A stretch of DNA of 64,000 bases from positions 4,128,001 to 4,192,000 of the forward strand of contig OZ242296.1 of NCBI GenBank assembly GCA_965207735.1, read 5' to 3'. Numbering within the stretch: the first letter of the stretch is position 1; every line of letters begins with the position of its first letter. The notes under the pieces are model-generated. The model was not told the origin of the DNA. It searched no databases and worked only from the letters and a program-made list of their open reading frames with translations. The translations under genes and the position numbers were made by a program. This DNA comes from Candidatus Versatilivorator sp. (GTDB taxonomy: Bacteria > Acidobacteriota > Terriglobia > Versatilivoradales > Versatilivoraceae). Shown here one piece after another: positions 9,756 through 20,825 of the stretch.

Positions 9756-11147
9756 CTATCGCTTCTTCCAGCGGACGCCTTCCTTGGTGTCTTCGACCAG
9801 GTAACCCAGGTCGAAAATCCGGTCGCGGAGCTCGTCCGCCAGGGCGAAGTCTCGTGCCTTCCGTGCCTGGCCGCGCTGCTCGATCAGGCCTTGAATTTGG
9901 GGGTCCAGACTGGACTGCTCGGACTCCCACAGCGGCAGGACCCGGTTGAGCGTGTCCATGGTCGCCAGAATCGCGGAGCCGTCTCCGTCATGGACCCGGC
10001 CCGCCGCCAGGGCGGTGTTGACCTCCCGCACCCAGTCGAAGATGGCCGCCATGGCCTGAGCCGTGTTGAGGTCCTGATCCATGGCCTCCTCGAACTTCCC
10101 CACAACCGCCTTGCAGCCTGACTGGAGTTCGGGACTGGCGCCCCTCGGCAATGGGTCGGTCTCGATCCGATGCCTGAAGTCCTGCAGCCGCTGGAGCGAA
10201 GCCCCGGCCTGTCTTACCGCGTCGGCGGTGAAGTTGAGCTGACGTTTATAGGGAACGCTCTGCAGCGCATAGCGGACGGCCCCGGGCTGGATTCCCTTCC
10301 CCAGCAGATCCCGTAGCGTAAAGAAGTTGCCCTTGGACTTGGACATCTTCTCGCCATCCACGATGAGATGCTCCCCGTGGACCCAGTAGCGCACGAAAGG
10401 CTTGTCGGTGGCGGCCTCGCTTTGAGCAATCTCGTTCTCATGGTGGGGAAAGATGAGATCCACCGCGCCGCAATGCAGGTCGAAGGTTTCACCCAGGTAT
10501 TTCATGCTCATGGCGGAACATTCGATGTGCCATCCCGGCCGACCGGGACCCAGGGGGGTCTCCCAGCGAGGTTCCCCGTTCTTGGGAGCCTTCCACAAGA
10601 CGAAGTCCCGCGCATCCTGCTTGTCGTACTCGTCCACATCCACCCGGGCGCCCACCTGGATTCCCTCCCGGTCCAGCTTGGCCAGCTTCCCGTAGTCCCC
10701 GAAGGCTTCAATCCGGAAATAGATCGAGCCGTCTTTCTCGTAGGTGTAGCCTCCGGACTGCAGTTGCCGGATCAGGGAAACCATGTCATCGATGTGATCG
10801 GTCGCATGAACGGCCCGGTCGGGTTTCTCGATGCCCAGCCGGTCGCAGTCCTCGAAAAAGGCCCGGGTAAAACGGTCCGTAAACGTTCTGAGCTGAGCGA
10901 CGGTCCGCGCCTCGGAATTCCGGATGGTCTTGTCGTCGACGTCGGTGATGTTCATGACGTGAAAGACCTGAAACCCCTTGTGCCGCAGATAGCGCTTCAG
11001 AACGTCCTGGAAGACGAAGGTCCTCAAGTTTCCGATGTGGACAAAGTCGTACACCGTCGGGCCGCAGGTGTACATTTTCGCCTGGTGGGGCTCCAGCGGT
11101 CGAAAGGGTTCGACCCTCCCGGAGAGGGTGTTGGAAAGCCGCAGCAT
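9756..11147 (-). CDS. cysS: Cysteinyl-tRNA synthetase
   Basis: YTCGPTVY, HIGN, GRPGWHIECSAMS, FPHHENE and KMSKS motifs. Start is 11147 (MLRLSNT) or 11162. Confidence 0.98.
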   Translation of the reverse strand: MLRLSNTLSGRVEPFRPLEPHQAKMYTCGPTVYDFVHIGNLRTFVFQDVLKRYLRHKGFQVFHVMNITDVDDKTIRNSEARTVAQLRTFTDRFTRAFFEDCDRLGIEKPDRAVHATDHIDDMVSLIRQLQSGGYTYEKDGSIYFRIEAFGDYGKLAKLDREGIQVGARVDVDEYDKQDARDFVLWKAPKNGEPRWETPLGPGRPGWHIECSAMSMKYLGETFDLHCGAVDLIFPHHENEIAQSEAATDKPFVRYWVHGEHLIVDGEKMSKSKGNFFTLRDLLGKGIQPGAVRYALQSVPYKRQLNFTADAVRQAGASLQRLQDFRHRIETDPLPRGASPELQSGCKAVVGKFEEAMDQDLNTAQAMAAIFDWVREVNTALAAGRVHDGDGSAILATMDTLNRVLPLWESEQSSLDPQIQGLIEQRGQARKARDFALADELRDRIFDLGYLVEDTKEGVRWKKR

Positions 11148-11234
11148 GGGTGAAATCTCCATCGAGCCGCCGCAGCCCGGCGGCGGCGCAGGCCTGTCCG
11201 GCCAGGACCCCGTCCCGGGTCCATTTCCGCGGCT

Positions 11235-11264
11235 AGAATAGACCGCTGTTCACCGATAAGTCAA
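11235..11264 (-). promoter_or_regulatory. Putative sigma70-type promoter of cysS
   Basis: Minus strand TTGACT-18 nt-TATTCT. Confidence 0.5.
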
Positions 11265-11290
11265 TACAGGCGAGTCTTTTCCAGGGTGCT

Positions 11291-11319
11291 TTGCACTGGT
11301 TGCGGATCCGTGTTACACT
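11291..11319 (+). promoter_or_regulatory. Putative sigma70-type promoter of smc
   Basis: TTGCAC-17 nt-TACACT with extended -10 TG. Confidence 0.55.
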
Positions 11320-11408
11320 CGCCGGGTCAGCATGAGATCCTACCTCTTCTCGACCCTGTCACATCCAATGGCTGCAGTTGCCGGTAAGCCATTGAGGGTG
11401 CCTTCCTA

Positions 11409-14400
11409 TTGCTGAAACTGAAGCAAATCCAGATTCAAGGATTCAAATCCTTCGCCGACAAAACCGAACTGACCTTTGACGGATCCGGCATAGCAGCCAT
11501 TGTGGGACCCAACGGTTGCGGCAAGAGCAACATCTCGGATGCCATCGCCTGGGTATTGGGGGAGCAGAGCGCCCGGACCCTTCGAGGCGGAAGGATGCAG
11601 GACGTCATTTTCAACGGCACCCGCTCCCGGTTGCCCCTGGGTCTGGCCGAGGTCAGCGTGGTTCTGTACGATCCGGAGAAGGCCGAAACCGCGCTTCCCA
11701 CCGCCTCCTCTTCTCCCGAGGCGGCTCCGGCCGGCAATGACCCGGCAGCCGGCCGCGACGGCTCACTTCCCGAGGATGAGGCAAGAATCGAAGGTTCCGG
11801 CCGGCCCACTCCCTTGGAGGCCGGCACGGACTCAGCCTCCGGAAAAAAGAAGGGAAGGCGAACCAAGACGCCGGCCAAACCGGGTGAGCTGGTGGTATCC
11901 CGGCGCCTCTTTCGTTCGGGAGAGAGCGAGTACCTGCTCGACGGACGGAGGGTCCGATTGCGGGACGTTCAGGAGGTGTTTCTGGGAACCGGACTGGGGC
12001 CGGATTCCTATGCGCTGATCGAGCAGGACCGGGTCGGCCTGATTCTCAGCTCCAAACCCTCGGATCGACGGGCCATCATCGAGGAGGCCGCAGGCGTCAC
12101 CAAATTCAAGGTCAAGCGCAAGCTGGCGGCCTCGAAGCTGGAGCAGGCCAGGCAGAACCTGCTCCGTGTCAACGATATCACCGAGGAGGTTTCCCGCCAG
12201 CTGGATGCTCTCAAGCGTCAGGCTGCCAAGGCCCGCCGTTACCGGGAGCTCAGCCTGGAAGCCCGGAATCTCTCCAGGAGCCTGTTCTCCGCCCGGGCCA
12301 GCCGTCTGAAGGCCCAGCTGAGCCAGGTGTCGGAAAAATTCGAGCAATTCCAGGACCAGGTCGATCGGAAACAGCGCTTCATCGAGGAGCGGGAAGCCCA
12401 TTTTCGCCTGGACAACAACACCCTCTTCGAGGCCGAGACCGCATTGAAAGGGCAACGCGAACAGTTGTCCCAGTTGCAGATGGAAAACCAAAGGGACCAA
12501 CAAACGATTCAGCATCGGAAAGACCGGTTCGATCAACTGGGAATCCGGTCTCGCGAAAATGCCTTGGAGCTCCAGCTACTCGCGGAGCAGGAGGAGCAAT
12601 ACCAGGTGCAAGCCCGCGAAAGGCGGCAGGCCCTCCAGGAGGTGACCCGGCAGTTCGACAGGCTGCAGGAGCAGTACGACGCCCGCAATCGGGAACAGGA
12701 ACTACGGCAGAACAAGCTGGGCGACCTGGAAGTCTCGGGAGACCGTCTGCGGTCGGAACAACTGGAATTGCTGAGTCGAGCGACCACCCTTCGCAGCACC
12801 GTCATCCAGTTGGAGGAGCACGAAAAGCAGCTGGGCTTGCAATCCGTTCGCCTGGAAAACGAACGCAAACAGGCATCCCGCGATCGCCGGAACCTGGCGG
12901 ACACCTGCGAGAGTGCCGGCAGCCGGCACACCCGGGAGGAAGCGCGGCTGCGTGAGTTGACCGGCAGGGTCAAGGCACTCTCGGCCGAAGTCAACCGGGA
13001 ACGGGAGCAGCAGGTTCGCGCCCGGCAGCAGGTGGCCGAGAAGCGGGAAGAGCTCAGTGCGCAGGATCAACGGCTCCAGTCAATGAAGGAACTGGCTGCG
13101 CATCATGCCTACAGCGCCGAATCGGTGCGGACACTGTTGTCGGTGGCCGACCGGTCCCGGGGGGCCGAGTTTCGGACCCATGGGATCCTGGCCGATCTGG
13201 TGGAGGTGGATGCCGAGCACGAGCGCACCGTGGAACAGTTTGTGCGTCAGGAGCTCGAATTTCTCCTGGTCGATTCTCCGTCCAATGCGCGGGAAGGCAT
13301 CGATCTGCTGCGCAAGAGCGGCTCCGGCCGATCCACCTTTCTGGTCCCCGGTAACAGCGCCTCCGACTCGGCCGCCGACACTCTTGACGTCCTGATCCAG
13401 GATCTGGTGGCTCGAGACCCGCGGCTCGTTCCGATGAGCCGCGTCATCCGTGTGCCGCCCCGCCATCGCCAGGGGCTTCGCTCCGCCCTCCCCCATCTGT
13501 TTCACAGCCTCATTGCCCCCAGCTATCAGGCAGCCCTGCAGATCGCTCAAGCCCATCCGAAGGTGACGGTGCTGACGCCGCAGGGTGAGGTGTTTCGCGG
13601 GCAGCTCATTTCCGGCGGCAGCGGAGACCAGCGCGGACACCTTTCCCTGAAGCGAGAGATCCGCGAGCTGGACCGCCGGCTCCAATCGGCTCGCCGGGAC
13701 CTACTGTTGCTGGAGGAACGGTTCCAGTCCCTGGACCGGTCGGTGCGAGCCAGTGAGCAGGAGCTGACCCGGGTAAACCGGCAGGTGCAGGAACTGGAAA
13801 AGGAGCTGGTAGGCTCCAACCACCGGCTCGAGACCCTCGCCAATGAGCTCGAACGCCTCAGCCAAAGGGAGCGGGAAGTCTCCACGGAAATCCGGAATTT
13901 GGCTCAAGAGCGGTCGGAAATCGACCAGCGCCGCCTCCAATCCCGATCGGAAATCACGCGGGCCGAAGCGCGCAAGACGGAGGTGGACCAGACCATCGAC
14001 TCGATTCAGGCCGCCTGGCGGCGCTTGAGGGACGAATGGCTGCACCATTCGCAGCAGCTCAGCCAGGTGGGCTCGGAGCTGGCCGCATGCGGCGAGCGCA
14101 AGCTCGCTACCGAGGCCGACCGGGAACGGGTTCAAGCCAACCTGCAAGATTGCCTCCAACGCGGGACCAGGCTGAACGCCCAGCGGGAGGAGTGGGCCGC
14201 CCAAAGCCTCGAGATCCGGAACTCGGTTCGACAACTGGAGGAGACCGTCTTCAATCGAGCAGTTAAACGCGCGTCTCTGGAAGCGGATATCCGGATCAGG
14301 GAAGGTCGGATGGAGACCTCCCGAAAGGGCCAGGCGCAACTGGAAAAAGAGCTGCAGGGGTGGCGCCTGGAACTGGACGAGCTACGGAACCGTAAGACCC

Positions 14401-15173
14401 AAACCGAGGTCGAGCGGGCCCGACTCGCCTCCGACCACTCCCATCTGGAGGAATCCTGCCGCCAGGAGCTGGGGGAACCCCTGGAATCGCTTCAGGTGGA
14501 GGAGGTCGGGGAATTCAACCAGGAGGACTATCGGCAATCGGAGGAGCGATACCTCCGCCTCAGGAAGCGCCTGGATTCCATGGGACCGGTCAACATGATG
14601 GCCCTGGAGGAATTCCAGGAATGCGAGCAGCGGTTCGATTTTCTCAACCGGCAACGCCAGGACCTGCTCGATTCCATAGAGGACACCAGCGCTGCCATCC
14701 GCGAGATCGACGAGGTTTCCTGCGAGCAGTTTCAGCAAGCCTTCGATGCGGTGAACCTGAACTTCAGGGAAAGTTTTCAGGAGCTGTTCGGCGGGGGACG
14801 GGGCGAAATGAAATTGCTGGACCCTCAGGACCCTCTGGAGACGGGGATCGAAATCGTGGCCCAGCCTCCGGGGAAACGATTGCAGAATGTGCTGCTGCTC
14901 TCGGGAGGCGAAAAGGCCTTGACCGCCATCGCCCTCCTGCTGGCCATTTTCAGCTACCAACCCAGCCCCTTTTGCGTCCTGGACGAAGTAGACGCTCCGC
15001 TGGACGACGTCAACCTGGGGCGTTACTCCCAGAAGATCAAGACCATGAGCGGTGAGACCCAATTCGTGCTCATCACCCACAGCAAGCGGACCATGGAGGC
15101 GGCTGACGCCCTCTACGGAGTGACCATGGAAGAGGCCGGCGTGTCCAAACTGGTCTCGGTCCGGATGAACTGA
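11409..15173 (+). CDS. smc: Chromosome segregation protein SMC
   Basis: GFKSF, Walker A GPNGCGKSN, long coiled coils, hinge, LSGGE signature, Walker B LDEVDAPLD. Confidence 0.97.
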   Translation: MLKLKQIQIQGFKSFADKTELTFDGSGIAAIVGPNGCGKSNISDAIAWVLGEQSARTLRGGRMQDVIFNGTRSRLPLGLAEVSVVLYDPEKAETALPTASSSPEAAPAGNDPAAGRDGSLPEDEARIEGSGRPTPLEAGTDSASGKKKGRRTKTPAKPGELVVSRRLFRSGESEYLLDGRRVRLRDVQEVFLGTGLGPDSYALIEQDRVGLILSSKPSDRRAIIEEAAGVTKFKVKRKLAASKLEQARQNLLRVNDITEEVSRQLDALKRQAAKARRYRELSLEARNLSRSLFSARASRLKAQLSQVSEKFEQFQDQVDRKQRFIEEREAHFRLDNNTLFEAETALKGQREQLSQLQMENQRDQQTIQHRKDRFDQLGIRSRENALELQLLAEQEEQYQVQARERRQALQEVTRQFDRLQEQYDARNREQELRQNKLGDLEVSGDRLRSEQLELLSRATTLRSTVIQLEEHEKQLGLQSVRLENERKQASRDRRNLADTCESAGSRHTREEARLRELTGRVKALSAEVNREREQQVRARQQVAEKREELSAQDQRLQSMKELAAHHAYSAESVRTLLSVADRSRGAEFRTHGILADLVEVDAEHERTVEQFVRQELEFLLVDSPSNAREGIDLLRKSGSGRSTFLVPGNSASDSAADTLDVLIQDLVARDPRLVPMSRVIRVPPRHRQGLRSALPHLFHSLIAPSYQAALQIAQAHPKVTVLTPQGEVFRGQLISGGSGDQRGHLSLKREIRELDRRLQSARRDLLLLEERFQSLDRSVRASEQELTRVNRQVQELEKELVGSNHRLETLANELERLSQREREVSTEIRNLAQERSEIDQRRLQSRSEITRAEARKTEVDQTIDSIQAAWRRLRDEWLHHSQQLSQVGSELAACGERKLATEADRERVQANLQDCLQRGTRLNAQREEWAAQSLEIRNSVRQLEETVFNRAVKRASLEADIRIREGRMETSRKGQAQLEKELQGWRLELDELRNRKTQTEVERARLASDHSHLEESCRQELGEPLESLQVEEVGEFNQEDYRQSEERYLRLRKRLDSMGPVNMMALEEFQECEQRFDFLNRQRQDLLDSIEDTSAAIREIDEVSCEQFQQAFDAVNLNFRESFQELFGGGRGEMKLLDPQDPLETGIEIVAQPPGKRLQNVLLLSGGEKALTAIALLLAIFSYQPSPFCVLDEVDAPLDDVNLGRYSQKIKTMSGETQFVLITHSKRTMEAADALYGVTMEEAGVSKLVSVRMN

Positions 15174-15237
15174 TTCCCCTGCCGCCGGCCGTCTATTCAC
15201 GGGTCCCACCCAGGTTTATAGACGCTACCGACAGGGT

Positions 15238-15301
15238 TTTCACATGAGTTTCACATGGGTTCACACATGGGTCTTGACAAGCAACCTCGTTGTACTAGAA
15301 T
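15238..15301 (+). promoter_or_regulatory. Putative purC promoter preceded by three 11-12-bp direct repeats
   Basis: TTGACA(15274)-16 nt-TAGAAT(15296), immediately preceded by TTTCACATGAG TTTCACATGGG TTCACACATGGG. Confidence 0.55.
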
Positions 15302-15412
15302 GGCCACCTCCTGCTGGAAAAATCCGGGCAAGCCGAAAGCCACGGGCTGGTTCGAGGGTCTTCTCCCCATTCCCGCCTGACACTCCCAAACGAAAGGAGA
15401 GCGTGCAATCCC

Positions 15413-16312
15413 ATGGCCGAAGAGAGCCTGCAAACCAAGGTGAATTTACCCGACCATCATCTGGTCGGCAGAGGCAAGGTCCGTGACATCTACGAAATTG
15501 GCGACCACCTGCTGATCATCGCCACCGACAGAATTTCCGCCTTCGACTACGTGCTGGCCAGCGGCATTCCCAACAAGGGACGCATCCTGACCCAGATGTC
15601 GCTCTTCTGGTTCGAGCGCATCGGCGAAATCGTTCCCCACCACCTGGTGACCGCCAGGGTCGAGGAGTTCCCGGCCGATCTTCAGCCCTATGCCCAGGTG
15701 CTGGCCGGACGATCCATGCTGGTGAAGAAATCCGAGGTCTTTCCGGTGGAATGCGTGGTCAGGGGCTACCTGGCCGGATCGGGCTGGAAGGAGTACCGGC
15801 AGTCCCAGTCGGTCTGCGGCATCGGGTTGCCTGCCCGACTGCCCGAATCGGCCCGTCTGGAGGAACCTCTATTTACTCCCGCCACCAAGGCCACCACTGG
15901 TCACGACGAAAATATCTCCTTTGAACGGATGGTGGACCTGATCGGGCAGGACACGGCCGAGCGCCTTCGTGAAATCAGTTTGGACATCTACTGCAAGGCT
16001 CGCGACTATGCGGCTTCCAAGGGCTTCATCATTGCCGACACCAAGTTCGAGTTCGGCACCTACCAGGGCGACATCATTCTGATCGACGAGGTCCTGACTC
16101 CGGACTCTTCCCGGTTCTGGCTGGCTTCCGACTACCAGCCCGGAAAACCCCAGCAGCCCTTCGACAAGCAGTTCGTACGGAACTACCTGGAAGAGATTCA
16201 GTGGGACAAGAAGCCCCCCGCACCCAATCTGCCCGACTGGGTCGTGGAGGCAACCAGCCGAAAGTACATGGATGCTTTCGAGCGCCTCACCGGCAGAAAA
16301 CTGGATGGCTGA
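15413..16312 (+). CDS. purC: Phosphoribosylaminoimidazole-succinocarboxamide (SAICAR) synthase
   Basis: GKVRDIY, TDRISAFD, ECVVRGY, ADTKFEFG, DEVLTPDSSRFW and FDKQ motifs. Confidence 0.98.
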   Translation: MAEESLQTKVNLPDHHLVGRGKVRDIYEIGDHLLIIATDRISAFDYVLASGIPNKGRILTQMSLFWFERIGEIVPHHLVTARVEEFPADLQPYAQVLAGRSMLVKKSEVFPVECVVRGYLAGSGWKEYRQSQSVCGIGLPARLPESARLEEPLFTPATKATTGHDENISFERMVDLIGQDTAERLREISLDIYCKARDYAASKGFIIADTKFEFGTYQGDIILIDEVLTPDSSRFWLASDYQPGKPQQPFDKQFVRNYLEEIQWDKKPPAPNLPDWVVEATSRKYMDAFERLTGRKLDG

Positions 16313-16480
16313 ATGCCGGGAGTTTGCCCTGCAGAGGGCCTGCCCTTGAAGTGTGTTCCCATTAATTAACCGCACAATCGATTGAACAAGGGGCCTCTTC
16401 CCTGTTCATGACAGATTTCAGTCTCTATTCACACGCTGAAGGAAAAAATCCGGCGCCATTGTCACGCCCCCCGGTGAGAA

Positions 16481-17365
16481 ATGCGGGCTAGCTTCTACGA
16501 TCTGCACATTCACTCGAATTACTCCAGCGACGCCGACCATCCCCCCCGGCTTCTCTTTGAAATGGCTTGCGAGGCCGGCCTTGCCGGTCTTGCCATCTCC
16601 GACCACGATACGGTGGCGGCCATGGCCGAAGGGACGCAGTTGGCTCGGGAATTTCCCCTCGAGTTCTACCCGAACGTAGAGATCAGCACCCATTACGGGA
16701 CCCGCAAGTTCCACGTGCTGGCTCCCCTGGTCGATTACCAGTCTGCCGAGTTGCAGTCAAAGCTTCAGGGCTTGGCAGAAGGAAGACGCCAACTGGCGAA
16801 AGCCAGGGTTGACCGGCTTCGGGATCTGGGCTTCGAGATTACCTTTGAGGAGGTCATCCGAGGGTCCGGCAACCCGATACCGACCGGCCCGGCCATCGCT
16901 CAAACCCTTCTGGCAAAACCCGAATCCCAGGAGTCCCCCAGGTTGCACCGCTATCTCCATGGGAATGACTCCGCTCGAGGGGTCATTGCCTTTTATCGAG
17001 ACTTCTTTGCCCGGGGGAAACCCGCCTTTGCCGAGATGAAGAGGCTGGGAACCCTGGAAGCCCTGCAGTTGATCCGCCGGTCCGGGGGTGTTCCCGTGCT
17101 GGCCCACCCGGGGGCTCCCGGCTACGAGGCTGACGAGAATGTTCTGCAGACGTTTGTCGCCCACGGGCTGGCGGGGCTGGAGGTCTATTCCTCCTACCAC
17201 GAGCCCCAGTCCACTCGACGTTTCTCGGACTGGGCGGCGCGCTGGGATCTGGTGAGGACCGCGGGCTCGGATTTTCACGGAAGAGTCAAACCCCACGTCA
17301 GTATTGGCTCCGTCAAAGCCCGCGGCAGAGAGATGATTGAAGAGTTGATGGAAAGGAAGGGCTGA
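16481..17365 (+). CDS. PHP-domain metal-dependent phosphoesterase (TrpH/YciV-like)
   Basis: DLHIHS, ISDHDT, LAHP and GSDFHG metal-binding motifs. Confidence 0.92.
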   Translation: MRASFYDLHIHSNYSSDADHPPRLLFEMACEAGLAGLAISDHDTVAAMAEGTQLAREFPLEFYPNVEISTHYGTRKFHVLAPLVDYQSAELQSKLQGLAEGRRQLAKARVDRLRDLGFEITFEEVIRGSGNPIPTGPAIAQTLLAKPESQESPRLHRYLHGNDSARGVIAFYRDFFARGKPAFAEMKRLGTLEALQLIRRSGGVPVLAHPGAPGYEADENVLQTFVAHGLAGLEVYSSYHEPQSTRRFSDWAARWDLVRTAGSDFHGRVKPHVSIGSVKARGREMIEELMERKG

Positions 17366-17369
17366 TTGG

Positions 17370-17936
17370 ATGGAGCCTCTCCACGACCTGAACTCCCTCG
17401 ACTGGGTCATCCTGGCGGTGGTGTTTGTCTCCGTGGCGGGTAGTCTCCTGAAGGGCTTCGCCCGAGAGTCCATCTCTCTGGGGTCGGTCGTGGTTGGAAT
17501 CGTGCTGGCTTCCTGGTTTTACCCCACGACCACGAGCTTTTTTCTTCAGTTCGTCAGCGGCCAGGACCTAGCCGCCATCCTGGGCTTTGTGACGATATTT
17601 TGCGGTTGTCTGATTGCAGGCGCCCTCGTCTCCTCCTTTGTCCACAAATTCGTGCGACTGGCTCACCTGCAGTGGTTCGATCGCCTGCTGGGAGCTGCCT
17701 TCGGCCTGATTCGGGGGTGGATGATCGCTGCCGTTATGGTTCTGCTCCTGACGGCCTTCCCGGTGAGGCTGGCCAGCATCCAGGAGGCCAGATTGGCGCC
17801 CTTCCTGCTGGTCAGCGCCCGTGTCCTGATCCTGGTCACCCCCCAGTCTCTGAAGGATCGATTCATGGAAGGCTACGGCCAAGTGGAGAGATTCTGGCGG
17901 GAACAGTCCGAGCCGCCGAGCGAAGAGGAGGCATAG
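17370..17936 (+). CDS. cvpA: CvpA family membrane protein
   Basis: LDWVIL, KGFARE and DRLLGAAFGLIRG motifs; four TM helices. Confidence 0.9.
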   Translation: MEPLHDLNSLDWVILAVVFVSVAGSLLKGFARESISLGSVVVGIVLASWFYPTTTSFFLQFVSGQDLAAILGFVTIFCGCLIAGALVSSFVHKFVRLAHLQWFDRLLGAAFGLIRGWMIAAVMVLLLTAFPVRLASIQEARLAPFLLVSARVLILVTPQSLKDRFMEGYGQVERFWREQSEPPSEEEA

Positions 17937-18075
17937 GCCGCATTTCGCTGTCTGTGCAGGGTCCTTTTCAACCGGGAGTGAGGCGCCGAACCACTTTCAG
18001 CCCGTGGGTCGGGAGTATAGCCGGGTCTCAAGGCGTTTCGGAGGCGCGGCGCGGCAAACTGATGGGGATTCGATC

Positions 18076-18321
18076 GTGAAAGACCAACTGCACCGACTGA
18101 TCACCGAGTTGCTGGATCGCGGGCTACTCTTGGAAGAAGCCACCAAGGAATTTGAAAAACAGTTTATCATGAAGTGTTTAGAGCGATCCGGGGGCAATCG
18201 GACCCAGGCCGCCAACACGTTGGGAATCCACCGCAACACCCTGCAGAAAAAGCTTTCCGCCTCCAACCACTCCCAGCCCCGAAAAAAAGCCGGGCCACCC
18301 AAAAAACGCTTGACTCGGTAG
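18076..18321 (+). CDS. Small Fis-type helix-turn-helix protein
   Basis: FEKQFIMKCLERSGGNRTQAANTLGIHRNTL (HTH_8). GTG at 18076 chosen as start. Confidence 0.85.
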   Translation: MKDQLHRLITELLDRGLLLEEATKEFEKQFIMKCLERSGGNRTQAANTLGIHRNTLQKKLSASNHSQPRKKAGPPKKRLTR

Positions 18322-18338
18322 GGACCCGTTCCTATTAT
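18310..18338 (+). promoter_or_regulatory. groESL sigma70-type promoter
   Basis: TTGACT-17 nt-TATTAT directly abutting the CIRCE. Confidence 0.8.
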
Positions 18339-18364
18339 TAGCACTCTCGGATCTGGAGTGCTAA
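18338..18364 (+). promoter_or_regulatory. CIRCE operator (HrcA binding site)
   Basis: Perfect TTAGCACTC-N9-GAGTGCTAA upstream of groES. Confidence 0.97.
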
Positions 18365-18419
18365 CAACCCCGATCCGAACTGAGACTGGTCACACTTGGA
18401 ATAGAAAGGAGATCCCAGT

Positions 18420-18716
18420 ATGAAGGTCAGACCGCTCCACGACCGGATACTGATCAAGCGCATCGAGGAGACTGAAAACGTCAGGGGTGGGATTATCATT
18501 CCCGACACCGCCAAGGAGAAACCCCAGGAGGGGATCGTGGCGGCGGTTGGAAACGGAAAGATCCTGGACGATGGCACGCGCTTGAGCTTGGAGGTCAAAG
18601 AAGGCGATCGCATCCTATTCGGCAAATATTCGGGCACCGACATCAAGATTGAAGGTGAGGAATACCTCATCCTGAGGGAAGACGAGGTCCTCGGTATCCT
18701 TGCGGACGCCGGCTAG
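18420..18716 (+). CDS. groES: Co-chaperonin GroES
   Basis: [19 protein letters not shown] and KYSGT motifs; RBS AAAGGAG. Confidence 0.99.
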   Translation: MKVRPLHDRILIKRIEETENVRGGIIIPDTAKEKPQEGIVAAVGNGKILDDGTRLSLEVKEGDRILFGKYSGTDIKIEGEEYLILREDEVLGILADAG

Positions 18717-18785
18717 CAGGCCGTGGCGTCCCCCCGGGCCAATCCGGCCTCGATAGATCAACCCACGAAAAACATGGAGGAATGA

Positions 18786-20408
<1,623 letters not shown>

Positions 20409-20432
20409 CGGCCGGTTCGGAACAATAACCGC

Positions 20433-20468
20433 AAAGCCACCGGAGCCCGCTCCGGTGGCTTTTTTTTT
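20433..20468 (+). terminator. Rho-independent terminator of groESL
   Basis: Stem AGCCACCGGAGC/GCTCCGGTGGCT followed by a T run. Confidence 0.92.
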
Positions 20469-20498
20469 GCGCGACGGAAATACGGAAGTGAACCACGA

Positions 20499-20777
20499 AT
20501 GGACACTAGTGAATACTAGTTTCTCTTGAAAAAAGAAGTGTTTCGAGTCGTCGGTTGCGCGGTGGAAGTTCTCAGCAGGCTAGGGAATTGCTTTGTGGAA
20601 AAGCTATAGGAAATTCACTGGTTTAGGAAAGCGTTGTAGGCACCAAGACGAATGAAGGGATTACCAATTTGGAACGGGGCCAGATTTGTTGACTACCTGA
20701 AGATGACGCAACTCAGAATCGGAATGATCCTTAGTTTCAAGCGTCCACAACTTGAATGGGAGAGGCTGGTTCCATGA
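20499..20777 (+). pseudogene. Degenerate GxxExxY (PD-(D/E)XK-like) protein gene
   Basis: MDTSEY*FLLKKEVFRVVGCAVEVLSRLGNCFVEKL*E...GITNLERGQ...DYLKMTQLRIGMILSFKRPQLEWERLVP*. Both ends match GxxExxY proteins, with stops, frameshifts and a central deletion. AT-richer than its flanks. Confidence 0.85.
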
Positions 20778-20825
20778 CCCTATTCGTGTTTTTTCGTGAT
20801 TCTATTCCCTTAACCGCGGACCGGA

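Noticed and set aside
9065-9949. Several 76-129-aa ORFs between yraN and cysS
   Set aside because: They are translations of repeat elements with no coding signature.
15302-15412. Riboswitch (ZTP, PRPP or c-di-GMP) in the purC leader
   Set aside because: Only short fragments (GGGCAAGCC, CCCGCCTG) resemble consensus and I could not build the full conserved structure. An Rfam scan would settle it.
16350-16420. AT-rich ATTAATTAA site and TGAACA...TGTTCA hairpin after purC
   Set aside because: It could be a terminator or operator, but there is no U-tract and no second copy to support a call.
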